Source: Eledone cirrhosa (taxonomy: Eukaryota). From it: DNA of 64,000 bases. The notes under the pieces were generated by a model. It was given only the letters and a program-made list of their open reading frames with translations. It ran no database searches and was not told the origin of the DNA. The position numbers and the translations under genes are program-made. Shown piece after piece: positions 59,550 through 64,000 of this stretch. Positions within the stretch are counted from its first letter, which is position 1, and every line of letters begins with the position of its first letter. The stretch lies in contig OZ024742.1 in assembly GCA_964016885.1 (NCBI GenBank), positions 224,502,001 to 224,566,000 of the forward strand, read 5' to 3'.

Positions 59550-59958
59550 TAACTCTATTGTTGCCTGTTTAATGTTTAGTTGGTCGGATGCCCTGATTAC
59601 TGATGAGCTTGTATGTAAGAAACTCTCTGTTATTCACTGTCCACTGTTGCCTGTTTAGTATGTACTCAGTCTGATGTTGCGGTTACTGATGAGCCTGTGT
59701 ATGTAAGAATCTCTCTGTTCCCTCACAACTAATTCTAATGTTGTCTGTTTAGTATTTAGTTGGTCTTATGCTCCTGTCACTGATGAGCCTGTATGTCGAA
59801 AAATCCTTCTGTACCCTCACAACTCACTCTATTGATGCTTGAGTAGTATTTAGTTGGCCTGATCTTCCGATTACTGAAGAACTTGTGTGTAAGAAACTCT
59901 CTGCTCTCAGAATTCACCCCGTTGTAGCCTGTTTAGTATTTAGTCGGTCTGATGCTCA
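59550..59958. repeat. Diverged ~94-bp tandem repeat (~4.4 units), each unit with CTGA[T/A]GA
   Basis: CTGANGA at 59600, 59686, 59780 and 59874, with shared TGTTGCCTGTTTAGTATTTAGT.GGTC. Confidence 0.85.
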
Positions 59959-60431
59959 TCTGTAAATTTACTGCTGTTTTATGTTTTTATGTTGGCTTTT
60001 ATCATCATTTTATGGCTTCTCTAACTACAATCATTTCATTCTTATTGCTTTGTTTTTCATGGCTCTGCTTCGTTTGAAGTCTATGTCTATGTATGTTGAA
60101 CATGGCTATTGTTGTAGTTTGTGGCTAGTAACAGTAGTTAGGTAGTTAGTACTAGTTCTTCGTTGGTGTTAAATGTGTGTTCTATATAGCTGTAACACGT
60201 TTATGTGGTGTGTTTAATGTTGTTGTTTTTATTATTGTTGTTGTCGTGGAGCACCAGGTGAATGTTGTTGTTGTTGAATACAAACCATACTCCTTAGCTA
60301 CATGGTTGATGAGGAAATGGATTTCAGCATTCAAACACTTTTACTTTCTTTTGATAGCTGTAAAATACGTTTTGATTTTCGTAATGTATTTAGGCTCTTT
60401 CAGTTCTGGGCTTAAATTATGATGTAGCTTA

Positions 60432-60582
60432 CTTGGATGGTAGACTTAATCCATTGTCTGGTTTAACACCACCACTTGGCCTTTGGATGGTAGGCTTAAT
60501 CCATTGCTAGGTTTAACACCACGACCTAGCCCTTGGGAGGTAAAATTTATCTATTGCCTGGTTTAATACCACCATCGGCCCT
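60432..60582. repeat. ~50-bp tandem repeat, 3 copies
   Basis: TTGGATGGTAG.CTTAATCCATTG.C.GGTTTAACACCAC repeated. Confidence 0.8.
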
Positions 60583-61054
60583 TCGTTGCTTTAGCGGAGC
60601 CAACACAGTTGCAAGCATTTGCCTGCGGTTTGAGTTATATCTTCCTTCCACCAGTGTCGGAGATCACAAAAATTGTTATGGGCAATGTCTCTCCCTCTTT
60701 TATTAAACAGTTTAAACATTCTATGTATGCAACATATTCTACCATTTATTAAAGACAATGTATGATTTGATCGGAAATTTGGCTGCTATTTCTTTCATAT
60801 TCAGCATCCAGAAAGAAGCTCATTTGTTACTTTGTATATGTTATGTTTTAATACTGACATGGTTGAAAGAGTAAGAAGTTCGCTCAGCAATCATGGAATC
60901 CCGGGTTCGATCCCACATGGTAGAAATATTTGCCCAAGCTGTCACTTAGTGAGATCGAACTATGGACCACATGATTAGGAAGTGATCTACTTAATCTTTT
61001 AGCCATGCCTTACATTTATCGGAATAAATAAATATAGATACATATAAGGAAAAT

Positions 61055-61259
61055 AATAATTTCTAGTATAGGCAAAAGGCCAGCAATTTTGGGGGAGGAG
61101 AAAGTCGATTAAATCGACCCCAGTGCGTTACTGATACTTTATTTTATCAACCCCCGTAAGGATGAAAGACAAAGCTAACTTCGGAGGGATTTGAACTCAA
61201 AACGTATAGGGCCGAAACTCGATGCTGAAAAGCATTTTGTCTGACGCTCTACCGATTCC

Positions 61260-61310
<51 letters not shown>

Positions 61311-61496
61311 TGTTTCTACGTTAGGCATAAGGCCAGCAATTATCCAGTGTATTACTGGTACTTTATTTTATCGATCCCGTAAGGATGAAAGGCAAAGTTA
61401 ACCTCGGCGGGATTTGAACTCAAAATGGCAAGGGCCGTAACTCTAGGCGCCAAAGCATGGCATCCGACACTCTACCGATACTGCCAATCCACCGCC

Positions 61497-61497
<1 letters not shown>
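61055..61497 (-). mobile_element. Two family-1 SINEs; the second (61308-61497) is inserted within (AAT)n
   Basis: Sequence match. (AAT)n at 61260-61310 and 61498-61541. Confidence 0.85.
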
Positions 61498-61542
<45 letters not shown>

Positions 61543-61642
61543 GATTTGAAAATGCAAATAATGTTTTTTTTTTATATACAGGAAAATTTACAGTATACAA
61601 CGAAAAGAAAGTAGTTCATACAAAATAAATCAAAGTTTTCCT

Positions 61643-61720
<78 letters not shown>

Positions 61721-62081
61721 ACATATATATATATATGTGTGTGTGTGCGTATGTATGTGTGTAAGCGTGCATATGCATGTGTGTGTATGTGTGTATGTGT
61801 GTGTCTGCGTGTGAGAGAGAGAGAGAGTGTGTGTGTGTTTACGAAAAGGAAAAAGTCACTTACTCTCACAAACACATTTATTTTCAAAAATCACAGTTAT
61901 TCGTTATTGAAATAAACTTGAGTTTCCACAATAGACAGGAACAGAGCATCCAGTGAAATTAGCTCGGTGGCATCCCTTGCCTATTTTCGGCATCACAGGA
62001 CGCCATGTTGAAGTAAATGTTAAGAACATCTCTAGCCACGCTTGCATAACTTTACAAGATTATAAATTAGTGTACACATGA

Positions 62082-62168
62082 GGTGGATTTAATCTACAGT
62101 CGGCATACTCACACACACACACTCTCTCTCTCTCTTTTTCGCAATCTTTCTTTGAATGATTATATGTA

Positions 62169-62253
<85 letters not shown>

Positions 62254-62417
62254 GCGTATATATATATATATATGTCTATTATTCAATATATATATATTTA
62301 TAATAATAGACATATATATATATATATATATACATATAATCATTCAAAGAAAGATTGAGAGAAAGAAAGAGAGAGAGAGAGTGTGTGTGAGTATGCCGAC
62401 TATAGATTAAATCCACC
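62082..62417. repeat. ~87-bp inverted repeat pair around (TC)n/(TA)n
   Basis: GGTGGATTTAATCTACAGTCGGCATACTCAC... versus ...GTGAGTATGCCGACTATAGATTAAATCCACC. Confidence 0.85.
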
Positions 62418-63034
62418 TTATACTCGGAATATTTCCTAGAGTGCTTAAAATTATTTGTGACTAACCCGGTCTTTTTTTTTAAAAACCCGCGATAATATTG
62501 CTTTATGCTGAACTCCATACCGTTTGTTGAGTTTTTTTCGGAATGTTTTGACTGCTGTTTCTTATAAACAGACATTCGTCTCATTCTGACGTCATTAGCC
62601 CTGTTCTCCATGTGTGTTTATTTTCATAATTCCACACGAGGTATACTAGCCTGCTTTTAAATTCCCTTTCTGGCATATTTTAGCAGTGGTTTTGGTTATC
62701 GTGTTTGAGCTCTACTGTTGAACGACTCCAACCGTGACTAACCCCACTGAAAAGTTTCGTGAAATAGTCTTTTTAAGACTATATAGAGCATTTGTAGTTT
62801 TTCCAAATTGAAGGATAAGTATTTAACCTTAATTTTATTCTGAGTTTTTTCTTGGTTTTTTCCCTGGATTTCACAAAATATGTGGATAACATTTCTGTCT
62901 TGACTTTTTTTGAATTGAGTTTGAATTATTTTCCCATATCTTACGTTAAATATTTTCCATCTTGACGTTATAGTCACTTATATATTATGAAATACTGTTG
63001 GCTTCTTGCTCACATTAATTTCTCTATTTTCATT

Positions 63035-63466
<432 letters not shown>

Positions 63467-64000
63467 GAGTGCATGTATGTATATGAGTATGCGTGTGTAT
63501 GTGTGAGTGCATGTATCTATATGAGTATGTGTGTGTATGTATGATTGCATATATGTATATGAGTATGTGTGTATGGGTGCATGTATGTATGTGAGTATGC
63601 GTGTGTATGTATGAGTGCATGATCTATATGAGTATGTGTGTGTATGTATGAGTGCATGCATGTATCTGTATCTGAGTATGCGTGCGTATGTTCGTGCCCG
63701 TGTTTACGTGTATTGTTCGTTTATTACCGTAAATTAGCGGTTCGACAAATAGAGATCGATAAAATTGCCCCAGCACAACCAATGACTGAAACAATATAAT
63801 AATGTTTTTCTAGTTTAGGCACAAGACCAGCAATATATCGAACACAGAAGGATGAAAGTTAAAGTTGACCGCCGTGGGATTTGAACACAAAGCGTAAAGA
63901 GTCGGTAGAAATGCCCCAAACAATTTGGCCGGTGTTCTAATGATTCTACCAAAAACATATTTCATTGTCACCATTGCGGAAAAATATGTTTTCATTAAAC

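Overview
AT-rich, microsatellite-saturated eukaryotic non-coding DNA. The SINE families and (TA)n/(TATG)n/(CA)n density point to a cephalopod, probably Octopus, which is an inference. I find no host protein-coding gene, and almost all ORFs in the track are simple-repeat translations. Recognisable content: about 25 tRNA-derived SINE copies from two families; decayed non-LTR fragments (HERO-type and R4/Dong-type restriction-like endonuclease ends, two Tx1/L1-type 3' ends, RTE ends); a Chapaev3-like DNA transposon remnant; a piggyBac-type MITE; Helentron-like elements; and several minisatellites. The main hidden signal is that many short 'unique' islands between (TA)n tracts are fold-back cassettes (inverted repeat plus a 3' tail). 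They carry minimal type I hammerhead ribozyme motifs (stem I-CUGANGA-stem II-GAAA-palindromic stem III-UH-stem I). I read about 14 well-formed and about 8 decayed hammerhead motifs from several unrelated sequence families. This matches Penelope-like element pLTRs or non-autonomous retrozyme-like elements targeting (TA)n. All folds were paired by eye and coordinates may be off by a few bases.
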